DNA from: Octopus vulgaris
Lineage: Eukaryota
DNA: 64,000 nucleotides
Reading direction: 5' to 3'
NCBI GenBank assembly: GCA_951406725.2
Contig: OX597814.1
Location: forward strand, 90,024,001 to 90,088,000
The notes under the pieces were generated by a model. The model did no database searches. It had not been told where the DNA came from and worked only from the letters and a program-made list of their open reading frames with translations. Numbering within the stretch: position 1 is the first letter of the stretch; the number at the start of each line of letters is the position of its first letter. Of this stretch, positions 29,301 through 43,872 are shown in pieces. A program made the position numbers and the translations under genes.

Positions 29301-29770
29301 GTATATTATTTACAATGGATGGATAGGTGTCCTCGCCTTATTTGTCCAGCCTTCATCATGTGTTCTTGTGGAATTTCGAACCTAACCATTTATTTGATGA
29401 ATGGAGTACTCTGTTCTCATTGCTTAAGTATTTTCTTTTTGATGATGTTATTTTTTCTGCTGATTTTTTCCCAAATCCCTACGGACATATAGTGTAGTGG
29501 ATAAGATTGTGGGCTAGTAACCCTTGGGATCTGAGTTCAATCCCAGGCAGGAATCTGGGAAATAATATCGACCGAAAAAAGATAATATCAGCAAAAAAAA
29601 AAAACAGAATACCTTATGAATGAGAACAGAGTACCACATTAGTCAAATAAAGGGTTCGGTTCGAAATATTTCCAGAACACCTGGTGAAAGCTGGAGAGTA
29701 CATCAGCTGAAACATTGTGGTAACAATAAACAAGGTGAGAACACCTATTCCTCCATTGTAAATAATATAC
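29301..29770 (+). mobile_element. Second, older copy of the tRNA-head + hammerhead element with inverted 3'-end duplication
   Basis: Head at 29483-29550 (TAGTGTAGTGG, GAGTTCAATCC). Hammerhead remnant at 29676-29721, AACAC-CTGGTGA-A-AGCTG..CAGCT-GAAA-CA-TT-GTGGT. 29301-29475 is an inverted copy of the 3' part, with termini GTATATTATTTACAATGGA and TCCATTGTAAATAATATAC. Confidence 0.75.
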
Positions 29771-30909
29771 TTGAACCTGACTGTAGTTACTATGTAAAGT
29801 CAATGTCCTGAGTTGCAAAGAGATCAGAAGCAAAAATAATAAGCAATAAATAATTTAGAACTATATTTGCGGATATTTTACTTGAAATTCAAACATCCCT
29901 ATAGCATTTGAACGAATCAGCAAGACGAAATTGGTTTACTGATTCACATTAACATTAAAAATGAATGCGTAAATTTTAAACTAATCAGAGAAGATTTTAA
30001 TTTAAAATGATGGTGTTAGTGAAATACAAAACAAAACAAAAAGACAATGAAATATTTACACTACATTTAGTACAAGTATTTAGATGAATTGTTATAAGTT
30101 CAAAGGAAATTATCTAATTATTCTTTGTGAATAACGAATATATATATGACAATAAATAACTAAGATAATTACAGAGTTCACAAGGACAATTCGCTTTTTC
30201 TTCAAAAGTAACGAAACGATTGATTAAGAAACTAATTGCTTTGTGATTAAACGCATTATAAGAGTCATCTGCAAATAATTATCTTTGTACTAAGAGTATC
30301 GAGACAACTGATCGGATGTAAGTTAAGCATCGGTAAGAAATGGTTAATTAGACAGTGTCACAAAATCGTTGGTGCAGTTAAAATTGCATAAGAAAGGAAG
30401 CGTTGTTGTAATCATATTTAATACTAGATCAGAAATTATAAAAGGTAGGTACAATCAGTATGGCTGCCTTCACTAAAGAGAATATAATGAAAGGGTTACT
30501 TGGCTGAAGACAAATCATTTTAGGTAGAGATAGACACAAATAGAGATGTGTGAATTGATTTAATGCTTCATTTGCATATGGTACTGAATTACTTACGGAG
30601 CACAGAGTCACAAACGAGCAAGACAATACGTTTTGTATGCACACACGCACACGCACACACAGACGTACACACACATACGCACACACGCACGCACGAATAA
30701 ATATATATATATATATGTACAAACGCATATATACATATAGTTGGTTATATACACATACACGCATGCTTGTATTAGGTGTATACAGCTATTATGACTTGGT
30801 GAAACAAATAGGGAAAATAGACTTCAAAATATGAGTATATATATATACGCTTTTAATTTTTAATCAGTGGGAGTTGCAGAGTAACTCCTAGCACTTGAGT
30901 CACACACTC

Positions 30910-30952
<43 letters not shown>

Positions 30953-31238
30953 TATAATGTTCATTTTTTGTGAATGATTTCAGTGTATAAGAAAAAAAGT
31001 AAGAATCTTTTACAGTGTTCTGTTTCAGAATAAGATATTTAGTAAAAGCGTGTAATATACAGCTTTTTGTGGAAAAGTTCAATGTCAGATTTCAGTGTAG
31101 GATAAAAAAAGTAAGAGTTTACCGGTTGCGCATTTGTTATGCTTATCAAAAGATATTTTGAGTGAGATAGAGTTCCTTTCTGATTGATTTTTTTCTCTTA
31201 TCTGATTTTATGTTGGGTTTGCTGTCTCTTATATGTGA

Positions 31239-31510
31239 AAAAATAGGCTCCAGAGTTGTTTAATATTTGCTTGGTTTCGCGCCTAAAATTTCTTGTGGAC
31301 AATGGTCAATACAATTTTGATTGGTCATTATAAAGGGGTCACGTGAATGTTTGAATGGAAGTTGGTGTTGGGGTAAGAAAATAGGCTCCAGAGATGTTAA
31401 AATTTGGCTGGTATCGCGTCTAAAATTTCTTATTGGTCATAATAAAAAGGTCACGTGAATGTGGTCATAATAGAGAGGTCACGTGAATGTTTAGAATGAA
31501 TGTTGATGTA
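31239..31510. repeat. ~140-bp tandem duplication containing three GGTCACGTGA motifs
   Basis: AAAATAGGCTCCAGAG starts units near 31240 and 31378. Confidence 0.75.
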
Positions 31511-32143
31511 GGTGGTGTATGGAGTTTTCGAAAATAGCGTTGTTGAAAATTCTTATTGTTCAGGCTGGTCAGTAGACGTCATGTGGATATTTTGAATAGC
31601 TTTTAAGCGCGTAGTTAAGGAGTGTATTTTCCGCTTGACTGAATTTGAGCTGGAAAAGTAAGTTCGTTTAGGACAAGAAGAGCTATATGTATGTATGTGT
31701 GCGCGCGCGCGCGCGCGTGTGTGTGTGTTTATATGTATGTTGGGGCGCGCGCGCGTGTATATATGTGTGCGTGTGTGGGTACAATTTTCAATATTTATAG
31801 TTCTGCTGGCCTTGTGCCTGTATCGGGAAGCAACGTGTTTGTGTGAAGTCAATATTTACAGTCATTTCCAAAAAATAGTGTTGGATGTTTTGCACCCGTA
31901 TCAAATTATTTGTATGTGTGGAACCATATGTTTGCGTGTGTCATGGTGTTAATATCTGGGTAAAAGTGTGTGTAGGGTGTGTGCAGGTGTAAGTGTGTTT
32001 GTTGTGGGTTCGTGTTTGGGGGATGTGTTTAGAAGTGGCCTGTATTTATTAATAAGGTGGGATTCCATGGTTATTCGCTGCGTATGAGTGTTTTTTGTTT
32101 AAAAAAAGAACTTTCACCTAATTAAATACACTCTCCCTTACTT

Positions 32144-32190
<47 letters not shown>

Positions 32191-32266
32191 TATGTATGTA
32201 TATCTATCTATCTATCTATCTATCTACACACACATATACATACATACATAGATTCATATACTGATG

Positions 32267-32332
<66 letters not shown>

Positions 32333-32661
32333 ATATGTATATGTATATATATATATAGGATTCGAAATTCAAAGCCCACCGAGACTAACTTTCCATTTCA
32401 GTTTGGACAGGTAAATCGATGGTTATTTTTATTTAGGGTTTCGCAAATGCATCCTACATTCCGATAAACTGGTATTTTCAAGTGTCTGACGTGCATACAT
32501 ACAAACTTTCATGCATTCGCGCACACACATACACACACATACATGCATGCATGCATACATACATACATACATACATGCATATATACATACATATATACAT
32601 TGAACTATATTTGCAGATATTTTATCGATCCAGGTGCTCATAATTATGTTTATATATATAC

Positions 32662-32704
<43 letters not shown>

Positions 32705-32707
<3 letters not shown>

Positions 32708-33560
32708 AATCCAAACGGGAAACAAAAAAACAACAACAAGGGAACAATTACAGTATTATTATTAATAGGCGCTCAGGAAATGGAAGCAGGGAGGTATGAC
32801 GTTTCGAGCGGAGCTCTTCGTCGGAAACATAAAGAAGGAAGAGAGAGAAAGAAAGATCCCGGAGCGGGCAACGGAGATAGAGAAAAAAACGGCTGGTGTT
32901 CGGAGTAGCACATGGTGAAAGGCGGATGTTTACGATAACAAGAGCAAAGTGGGTTTTTAAAGGCAAAAGAGTGGAGACAAGGTTGGTAACGCAACAGATG
33001 TGTGTGTATGTGTGAGTGTGTGCGTGTGCGTGTGTGTATGTGTGTGTGTGAGGCGAGGTAAAAAAACAAAAAATATATGTATGTGTTAGTGTGTGCGTCT
33101 GTGTGTAGGCGTGTGAGGTAGGGCGAGACGGTGGTCAGCATAGCAGCAGCATAGCAGACAAAGGTCAGTAGTGAGAAAAGGGAGGAAGGAGGAAGGGAGG
33201 GAGGGGAAGGGGTGGGGGCGTATGTAGCGTGCCAGCGTGTGTTGAGTAGTAGTGTGTGTGTGTGTCCAGTGTCGTGGTAGTATTAGTGGCGAGTAGATTG
33301 AATGTGTGTAAGAGTGATGTATATGTTTAAGCAATGTGTGTATATGTGTGCGCGTGTGTGTAACGAAAAAAAAAGGGGGGGGGGGTTTAGGAAAAGGACT
33401 CCAGCGGAGGGGAAGATGGAAGAGTGGTCCCGCGGAGACGGGCGTGGGAAAACCCAACGACAAGCGACATCCCAGGAACGGGCGGGAGGTCTCGTCGGGT
33501 CCAAGGGCGAGGTGCATGCGGGGCGCATGCGTGCGCGAACCGGCGCAAACGCGTGTGTGC
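32705..33560 (-). mobile_element. Non-autonomous PLE-like element: GC-rich head, CA-rich body, pLTR with hammerhead-like core
   Basis: Collinear with 40686-41752. Core at 32794-32830. Ends in (TA)n. Confidence 0.6.
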
Positions 33561-34608
33561 GCGAGCCTGCGAGTGTGCGCGTACGTATGTGTGCGTGTGG
33601 ATGTGTGAGTGTGTCTGTGTGTATGTCTGGGTGGCAGTGTGTCCGATGAATGTATGTGAGTATGTGTGTATATATGTGTGTGCATAGATGTATGTCCGTG
33701 TGTGTGTGTGTGTGTGTATGTGTGTATGAGTGTGTATGTATGTACGTGTGGGTGTGGGGAAGTGTGTGTATGTGCATGTGTGTGCGCGAACATACAGGTG
33801 TGTGAGTGAGTGCGTGTGTGTGTATGTATGTGTGAGTGTGTATGTATGTGTGTGTAGGATGCATGTATGGGTATGGGTGTATGTATGCGTGTGTGTATGT
33901 ATGTATGTGTACGTGCGTGTGTGTGTGTGTATGCGTGTAGGTGTGCGCGTGTGCATGCGTGCATGTATGTGCGTATGTGTGTGTGTGTGCATGTGTGTGG
34001 GTATATATGTGTGTGCGTATATGTGTGTGTATGTGCGTACATGTGTGTGTGTGTGCATGTGTGTGTGTAGGTGTGTAGGCGTGTGTGTATAGGTGTATGT
34101 ATGTAAGTATGTATGGGTGTGTCCGTGTATGTGTGTATGTATGTGTGTGTATGTAGCTGTGTGGGCGTGTGTATATGTGTGTGTATGTAGGTGTGTAGGC
34201 GTGTGTATATAGGTGTATGTATGTATGTCTGGGTGTGTCCGTGCATGTTTGTGTGTGTGTGTGTATGCATGTGTATGTAGGTGTGTGTGTACGTGTGTAA
34301 TGTATGTGTGTATGCGTGTGTATGCGTGCGTGTGTGTATGTAGGTGCGTGTGTATGTGTGTGGGAGTGTAGGTGTGTGTGTGCGTGTGCGTGTTTATGTT
34401 GGTGTGTGCGTATGTGAGTGTGAGTGTATGAGTGTTTGTCATGCATGTGTGTGCGCGTGCAGGTGAGTGTGTGTGTAAGTATGTGTGTGTGTATGTTTGT
34501 GTGAGTGTGTATGTGTGTATGTCTGTGTGTATGTATGTGCGTATAGGAGTATGTAGGTATGTGTGTGTGTATGTATATGGGTGTATGTATGTATGTGTGT
34601 GTGTGTGC

Positions 34609-34634
<26 letters not shown>
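33561..34634. repeat. ~1 kb cryptic (GT)-rich simple repeat
   Basis: Direct reading. Explains the long His/Thr ORFs. Confidence 0.95.
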
Positions 34635-35925
<1,291 letters not shown>

Positions 35926-35967
35926 GTATATATAAATAAATATAATATATATATATATATATCAATA

Positions 35968-36045
<78 letters not shown>

Positions 36046-36830
36046 CCTATCTATCTATCTATATATATATATATATATAATTTTAGAGCGGCGTACATAC
36101 ACTTTGGTAAGTATACGTTTTTCTAAATCTTGTACGACTCTATTTCTGTCTGTCTATCAGCCATTTCACGCTTATTTATTCATTCCACACTTCGGTCTTT
36201 CATTCCCCCCTCTCACATTTATTTGCCTTCTCTTCTTGCTCACTTTTCCTCCTCTTTTCACTTCACTGAGTCCCTGTCATTTTTTCTCGCCTCTCCTTAA
36301 TTCTTTTGTCCCTATACTTCTACTTCTTTCTCTTCTCTTCCCACGTGACCGGCGTTCGGCCAAGCCTGTTCTTTCTTTCTTGGTCTGGCCCTTTTCGTGC
36401 AACATCGATATCCCTCCTTGTGTTTGTGAAATCTTGAATCTCTGCGTAAGGGTTCATTTCCACACACGCCAGATTCATTTCCACACACGAAATACATCTG
36501 TTGTTATGTCCTGTTATTATTTTTATTGTATTTGTATTTGTGTAACATTGCCCATTTTTTCCGTCCTCATGTTTGTATCCATTCGCTGCTTTCTTCCAAG
36601 GAATCTAATGCTCTTAGCCTAGTTTTTCCTTGGGGCTGGCCAGATTGGAGCAATCAGCCAAAATGGCGAGGATAATCTGGTGCTTGACTTAGGAAAGAAA
36701 ACTTCGAATGAACCGTCCTTGTTTTCTTTGTATTGTAGATCTGGATGTTTTGTTATCCCATTTTTGTATCACCTAGCTGTCCGGATGTTTCGAGTTCCTG
36801 TCCTATTTTGTACGTGCACTTTGGTCTCTC

Positions 36831-36881
<51 letters not shown>

Positions 36882-36884
<3 letters not shown>

Positions 36885-37286
36885 CCGCAGGAATGGTTGT
36901 GTAGTAAGAAGCTTGCTTCCTAGTCACATGGTTCTGGGCTCTGTCCCATTACGTTGCACCTTGGGCAAGTGTCTTCTACTATAGTTTCGGACCAACCAAA
37001 GCCTTGTGACTGGATTTGGTGAAGGTAACTGAAAGAAGCCAGTCCTATATATATGGATATGTGTGTGTGTGTAAGTGTTTGTATGTCTGTATTTGTCCCC
37101 ACATCCATCATCGCTTGACAACCAATGCTGGTGTTTACGTAGCCGTACCTTAGCCGTACGGTAAAAGAGAGCGATAAAATAAGTACTAGGCTTACAAAGA
37201 ATAAGTTCTAGGGTCGATTTGTTCGACTAAAGACGGTGCTTCAGCGTGGCTGCAGTCAAATGATTGAAGCAAGTAAAAGGATAAAA

Positions 37287-37288
<2 letters not shown>
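36882..37288 (+). mobile_element. tRNA-derived SINE, third family
   Basis: Degenerate tRNA-like head, CCTTGGGCAAGTGTCTTCTACTATAG core and internal (TG)n. Partial copies at 950-1108 and 50185-50360. Confidence 0.75.
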
Positions 37289-37327
<39 letters not shown>

Positions 37328-37618
37328 GAATGTTGCAAAACAAGTTTTTAAATGTGTGTCTATATGTATATACATACATACAGACACATATATCTGTATA
37401 TGTAATTGTATATGCTTACAGATTCGTATATATACGTGCATACACATATACATATACATACATTCGCACTCATACACGCATACATAGAAGCATATAAAGA
37501 GTCAAAAAGTAGAATGTCACGAATCTTTGAGAAATAAGTTTTCGTATTTTATGTCTCTTTTGTGAGAGAACTTTCGATTTCAAATATGTATAGAATAAGC
37601 TTTTTCAAGCAATGGGAC

Positions 37619-38130
37619 TCAGTACTTCCGGTTTAGTTCCGAATTTAGAATTCTTAATAAGAAGTTTTCTTTTAATTCTTGTAGACGATTATTTATTTCA
37701 TTTATTTTGTTGAGAGGAAGTATATAAAAATTTGCATTTGCAGAAATGTCTAGATATTTACAGCATGAAATATTTCTAAGCGATGAAGCTATAATTTGTG
37801 TTTGTGCATATTCACATAGTTTTGATAGTTTTGCTCCTGTTTCTCCGATGTAATTCTCGTTGCATTCTTGTTTTACAGTTCGTATTTGCATTCACTTTCA
37901 GTGCCTGCCCATTCTCGAACCTTTTGGTTGTTCAGGTTGTTCCTTGTTCAAATGTTCACGCTTTCCACGAGTATCTCCAAAGTTCGTTCCCTGAATAATT
38001 TGTTCCTCTGATATGAATCTCGTTCTTATTAGAAGTATTTAGAGAATTGCTGATTGTTTTGGACTGTTGATGAACTTTGAATATTTGTCGGAGATTTGAT
38101 CGATGATTGATGTAGAATTGGGTTATATCG
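37619..38130 (-). pseudogene. Penelope-like GIY-YIG endonuclease remnant
   Basis: CNENYIGETG..L...QI..SLRNISC...LD....NF.I.P...KENF......ELN is a typical PLE C-terminus. Confidence 0.75.
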
Positions 38131-38131
38131 T

Positions 38132-39990
38132 TTGGCCGAAATTCGGATATTGTGGTTTCTTGAATTATTTAGTGATTGCAAATGGAATATTTATATTTGT
38201 GATTTTGTTTACACATTCTGTGTGAGTATTTATCAATATGGAGGATATTGGGATTTCTGTTGCTTCTATTATTGTATAAGTTACTACATATATTCGTATG
38301 ATCAATCTTATCAAAGGCCTTTTCAAAATCGAGATATATCACACCCACTTTTGAGCGATTCATTAGTTACTTGAACACTCAATCATAATGTTACAGAAGC
38401 TATGTAAGACAAGCTTCTTCGTGAGAGGAGGCCATGCTGGGTGTCTTGGTGCAGGTCATTATCTTTTAGGAACGTAATCAGTTTCTTCCTGACAATGCGT
38501 TCCATGGCTTTAGTGACATGTAAAGTTAGAGAGATTGGCCTAAAAGTTTTAGAATCTCCTTTATGGGTGGGACATATTATGCATTCCCTAAACTTTCTGG
38601 GAAGTTTACTATTTATAAGGAAGTTTAGGAAGAATATCTGTAGTGGTCTTGCTAAAGTCCCTTTGCACTTCTTCAGTATGATTGCTGCGAAACTATCAGC
38701 ACCTGTGGTTGAGTTTAAGGTCATTTCATCAATGGCTGATATTACGTTGGTTTCCTGTATTTTGATAGGAACAATAATTGCCATCTCTTTGTGTAGAGCT
38801 GAAGTGCCGAAGAACTCATCAGACATAGCCATTTGCAAGTTTCCCAACGGAGTTGTGAAAACACTTTTGTATTGCACATTCAATATTTCACCTATCTTCT
38901 GGCGATCCGAAGTCAGTGAGCCATTTTCTTCGAACAATGCCTCTATCTTGTACCGTAAAGAAGTAAACTTTTTACAAATCTATAGATGGTTTTAGGGTTT
39001 GTCTTTACGTTGTCTACGGCCCTGGCCTCTTTCCCTGCTTTCTTTACGTGGGAAGGCTGGAGTTCACTTTCAATCTCAAGTAATGCTTCTTTGAGATAGG
39101 ATTCTACGCTATATTTCAGTGGCTCATTTAGACGGTTTAAGATCTTTGCTCGTTGTCTCATTAGGAGCTTCGTAGCCATGGGGATTATGTTTTCTGTCGG
39201 TTTAAAATTATCTCTAGACCAATCTTACTGCATACGTTTTGCATGATTGTCATAAAATGCTGTACCTTTATGTCAGTATCTTGCGTAGAAACAGACTGGT
39301 AAACCACTTTTATTCTATGACATCTACCACAATATCCTTCCAATAAGATTTATGAAAGTTCAATGTTGAAAAGAGTTGGGTGGTTCTAGTAGACTACATA
39401 TCTGGAGTTCTCAGCGGATTATACATTGTTAAACGTATTAAGTTAGGATCTGAGAAAATAGTCAGTGCCACCAAAACATTATGGATGAGCACCGTATTAT
39501 TTGTGAAACATAAGTCCAGAACAATTTTACCTCCTGTTGAGCGGGGCACTAGTTGCAAGTTTGTGAAGTCGAGCAGAGATTCTACTTGCCCTGGTCATAC
39601 AGTACCATAGTTGAGATAAGGCCATTTGAAAATATTGACGCTGAAGTCTCTTAGAAGTATGTCAAGGCTGTCGTCATCTTTTTGAGGCTCTCTTCGAATG
39701 AGTCACATTGATAGGCGATATGTAGTAGATATAACCATTTTGATATGCTTAATGTGTACTACTAGAGTGTCAGAAACTGAATTTCAGTATGCCAGCAAGA
39801 CTACAAGCATGACTTCTTCTCTGATGTACATCTATAAATTCACCATGAGTTCTTTCTCGTCTGTTAGTTCGAAATACAGCATACTTTGGTATGAGTATTC
39901 AGCACCTGACATGTCAGCATTCAGATATGATTCTGTTAATGCCATGCATATTGCTTGACTGCACGTAACTAAAACTTTTAGCTATGGATT
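38132..39990 (-). pseudogene. APE-RT LINE remnant (CR1/L2/Jockey-like)
   Basis: APE-like pieces IALTESYLN and VLDLCFTNN. RT pieces QYKSVFT, FRPISLTLHVTKAMERIVR, QHGLLSRRS and VIYLDFEKAFDKIDH. Confidence 0.85.
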
Positions 39991-40628
39991 TGTGCGCTGA
40001 TGGAACGTTACAAGGCTGGTCCCTGACATTCAGCATGAATACTAATGTGACGTGTAGGGTTTCGGTAGTGGCTTACAATCCTTTGTGTTATTTTCTAAAA
40101 AGACCCGTTGTTCATCAGCTGCTGTCTACCTTGCGTCTCCATATTATTTCCTCTTACGAGCAGTACGTGCACTATCCACATATTTCTAAAGTAAAGTCAT
40201 CGTCTCTTGTGACCTGGTCTTGAGTGTGTATATATATCTGAGTGTTTCTGTACGTGTGTATGAGTGTGTGTGCATGTATGAATTAATGTATATAAATGTC
40301 TTGAATTGCATGTATTACATGTTTATATATGCATGTATTTATAACTACTCACGTACATTTGCACACACACACACGCATTCACATATTTGAATGGACATCT
40401 TACAAGTGTGCATATAAACATTTAAAGTTGGAGTGGCTGAGTAGATGAATGAGCTTGGACATGTGGTCATCCATCTGTATAGTACAATGTTAATATATAC
40501 ATCAATGTAAGTATATGTTACAGGTGCCTGTAAGTATATAAAGTTATGAGTGTATTTCTGTGTGCGTGTGTTTGTGTGTATGTGTGTGTTTGTGTATTTG
40601 TGTGTTTGTGTATGTATGTATGTATACA

Positions 40629-40685
<57 letters not shown>

Positions 40686-40690
<5 letters not shown>

Positions 40691-41750
40691 TAATCCAAAC
40701 AAGAAAACAAAAAAGACAACAACGCAAGGAGGTGGAACAATTAAAGTATTATTAGGCGCTCAGGAAAAAAGGGAAGAAGGAGGGCATGACATTTCGAGCG
40801 GAGCTCTTCGTCGGAAACATAGGAGAAAGAAAGATCCCGAGGTGGGAGGACAGAGGGAAAAAAATGCGAGTGGTCTCACGAGGTTAACATACTGGAAAGG
40901 CGGAAATAGTAAACAAGAGAGTGTGGGTTTTCAAAGACAAGAGAGCGGAAAAAGAAGGAAAGTAAACAAACAGTGTGCGGGAGTGTGTGTGTGAGTGTGT
41001 GCGTGTGTGTGTATGTATATGGTGGGCGAAAGCTGGGGCAACAGCAGTAGCAACAATGTGAGAGATGACAGGGGTGTGTATGTGAGTGTGTGCGTGTGTG
41101 TGTATGTGTGTATAGGTGGGCTAGGGCGAAGGCTAGCAAGTGACAGGGCTAGGGCGAAGGCTAGCAAGTGACAGGTCAGAAACACGAAGGAATGTGTGTG
41201 TGCTTGTATATGTCTCGTGTGTGTGTTTTAGTTGTAGTATGTGTGTGTGCGTGTGCGTTTTTGTGTGTGTAGGTGAGTAACTGTGCTTAACTAAGTGTAT
41301 GTGTGTGTGGGGGGTGCTTATATGTGCGTATATGTATGATTGTGTGCATGTATGTGTACGTGCGTATGTGTGCGCATGTTTTGGTGTGCGTATGTATGTG
41401 TGTGTCTGTGCTTATATGTGTGTACGTAGGTGTATGTGTGCGTGCGCGTGGAGGTATATGTTGTGTGTATGTATGTGTCGGTGTGTATGTGAGTTCGTGT
41501 GTGTTTGTACGTGTGTAAGTGTTTGTGCGTGTATTGTATATATATATGTAAATGTGTGTGTGTGAGTGCGTGGGAGTGAATGTATGTATGTATGTGCGTG
41601 TGTGTACAAAAAGTAGGGGTATTATATGTGTGTTTATATGTTTAGGTGTGTGTATATATATGCATGCAAGGAAACACTTCGCAACTGAAGGAATGATGGA
41701 ATAATACTCCCGTGGTGACAGGCGTAAGAGAAACCCAGAACGCGCCGGCC

Positions 41751-41752
<2 letters not shown>
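40686..41752 (-). mobile_element. Non-autonomous PLE-like element, sister of 32705-33560
   Basis: Same pLTR end (core at 40784-40820). The head at 41665-41752 aligns to 33385-33460. (TA)n on both flanks. Confidence 0.6.
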
Positions 41753-41798
<46 letters not shown>

Positions 41799-42189
41799 GA
41801 GTATATGTATGTATGTAAATATGCATGCATATTTCAAGATTTATATATTTTCAAGTATTTCTATCAATTTAAAGCCTTATATATCATCCAGATTCATTTA
41901 TGTAGATGGAAAAATATGCAGTTACATGCATAAAATTTCTCTACAGTTCTGTAATAGAATTCTAAATTGCCCCGATGAAAAAAGATAAGTAAACTGAAAT
42001 TATTATTTATAGCAATATAAACTCAATCAATAACTTCATCAAATCGTAAATGAAAATATGTCATAATAGAAAGCTAATAACACTACAGATTTATTAATAT
42101 TCTTTCCTTAACAATGTAATAGCACAAAAGCAACTTCATATATAAGAAGATATATCATTACCTAAGTATGACCTACATGTTTACTCCTT

Positions 42190-42446
42190 TAGTGGGTGTC
42201 AGAGAAAGAGAGGAGAGGAGGGGGCAGAGGAAGAGGGGGGCGAGGGGAGTTGAGCCCATATGATGCAAAGGAGCGAAGAGAGAAGATTAATACCTTTTCA
42301 CGGCGAAGGCGGGAGTCCGGATGGCCTCTCTGCAAAGACAATCCAAACACAGACAGGTGTTGTAATGAATGACCGGTTGAGCAGAAATGACGCGAGACCG
42401 GGGTTTCGTTGCCGAGTCTAATGCCTCGGAGGTACTCTGCGAACCA
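42190..42446 (-). pseudogene. Penelope-like GIY-YIG C-terminal fragment
   Basis: FAEYLRGIRLGNETPVSRHFCSTGHSLQHLSVFGL...RLRREKVLIFSLRSFASYGLN. Confidence 0.8.
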
Positions 42447-43552
42447 AGCACATAAATGTGAAACAAGATACGAAAAAATAGTGCTCGAATACCGAGGTAA
42501 ATATTTTTGTGATGTTTTCGAAGCTTTAATATTAATAAAGTGTTGCCAATATGATTTGAAGAAATAGTTGCTGCTCCAGTTCACCATGAAACTTGTGACA
42601 TTTTCATAGAGTAAGTAAAAAAAAAATGTTAGCTGATATGGCCAGTTACAACAGTTTCCAAATCTTCTCGCCATTGTGTCGCAATAATTAAGTAGGATGT
42701 AATCCGACCAAGTATAACATTTACTTATCCTTGGAGATATTGTAGCCAATGAGCTGGAAGCATACAGTACGAAATCAACATTTCTTGAACCGAATCCACT
42801 TAATGTTATCTGAAATCACGTCTTATATGAAAGCTACAACATAGATTTCTAAACAAGATTTTACTCTTCATTCCGACTTTTCTTTTACTTATCTGAAAAT
42901 ATTGAATCAACTTTGATATAGATAGATTGATATACAGTTAATTGTCAGTCGACAGTAAACAATTGGCATTGTGAATTATCAAAAGAATAAGATATTTCCG
43001 GATATTGCTTTTCTGCAAGTGTCTTTGAAAAGGAAATGGATAAATTTCTTTGAAAATGTATACAACGTAAAACAAGAATGAAGAACACAGGATTCAGACG
43101 TGCGCGACATGTATATAATTGTTAGCAAAGCAACGTACACTGAACACATATAAATATGACAATGCTTTCAATAAAATATATTCAAAAAACACATTATGAT
43201 GCATATCATAGATCTGTTTAGATATAATTAAATCTTCAATTTATAATTTTACGCTTGATAAAATGACACCTGAAGCTAAACCGAAATATGTTTTAACAAA
43301 ATTCTCTCCAACGACAAGTAACTGATACAACTCATATATGAATTTAATTGAATACTTCTCTCAATAACTAAACAATGCCCCATGTAAGGACGAATTAATA
43401 ACAGTGCCTCCGTTTTGTCATTCAGCTTGATAGAATTTTGCTCTGAAATATCTCTCAAATCCCATTTTACTTTTTGAGAAAGGAATAACTTAGAGAGGAA
43501 ACTTAGTTACTACATGAAAGGACTGAATTAGTGGAAGTATATTTTCTACATA

Positions 43553-43872
43553 GTGAAGACGCGTGGCTTAGTGATTAGGATACTCGATTTACGAACGTAA
43601 GTTCAATTCCCAGTGACACGTTGTATCCTTGAGCAAGACACTTTATTTCACGTTGCTGCAGTCCACTCAGCTGGCAAAATTGAGTAGTACCTGTATTTCA
43701 AAGGCTCAGCCTCGTCATACTCTCTGTCATGCTGTGACTACCGTAAGAACTACGTTAGGGGTACAGGTATTTGTGGAGTGCTGAGCCACTTGCACGTTAA
43801 AATCACAAGCAGGCTACTCCGTTGATCGGAAAAACTGCAACTCTCGTCGTCATAACTGACGGAGTTCCAGTA
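43553..43872 (+). mobile_element. tRNA-derived SINE sharing head and core with 20498 but with a different tail
   Basis: TGGCTTAGTGA, AAGTTCAATTCC and TTGAGCAAGACACTTTATTTCACGTTGCT. Confidence 0.75.

Noticed and set aside
36085-36835. TA-flanked segment that may be another PLE terminal repeat
   Set aside because: No second copy, ORF motif or complete ribozyme core in this window.
42450-43460. L2-like RT traces (IKLNDKTEALLL, LNYCD)
   Set aside because: Only isolated short motifs, so not listed as a feature.
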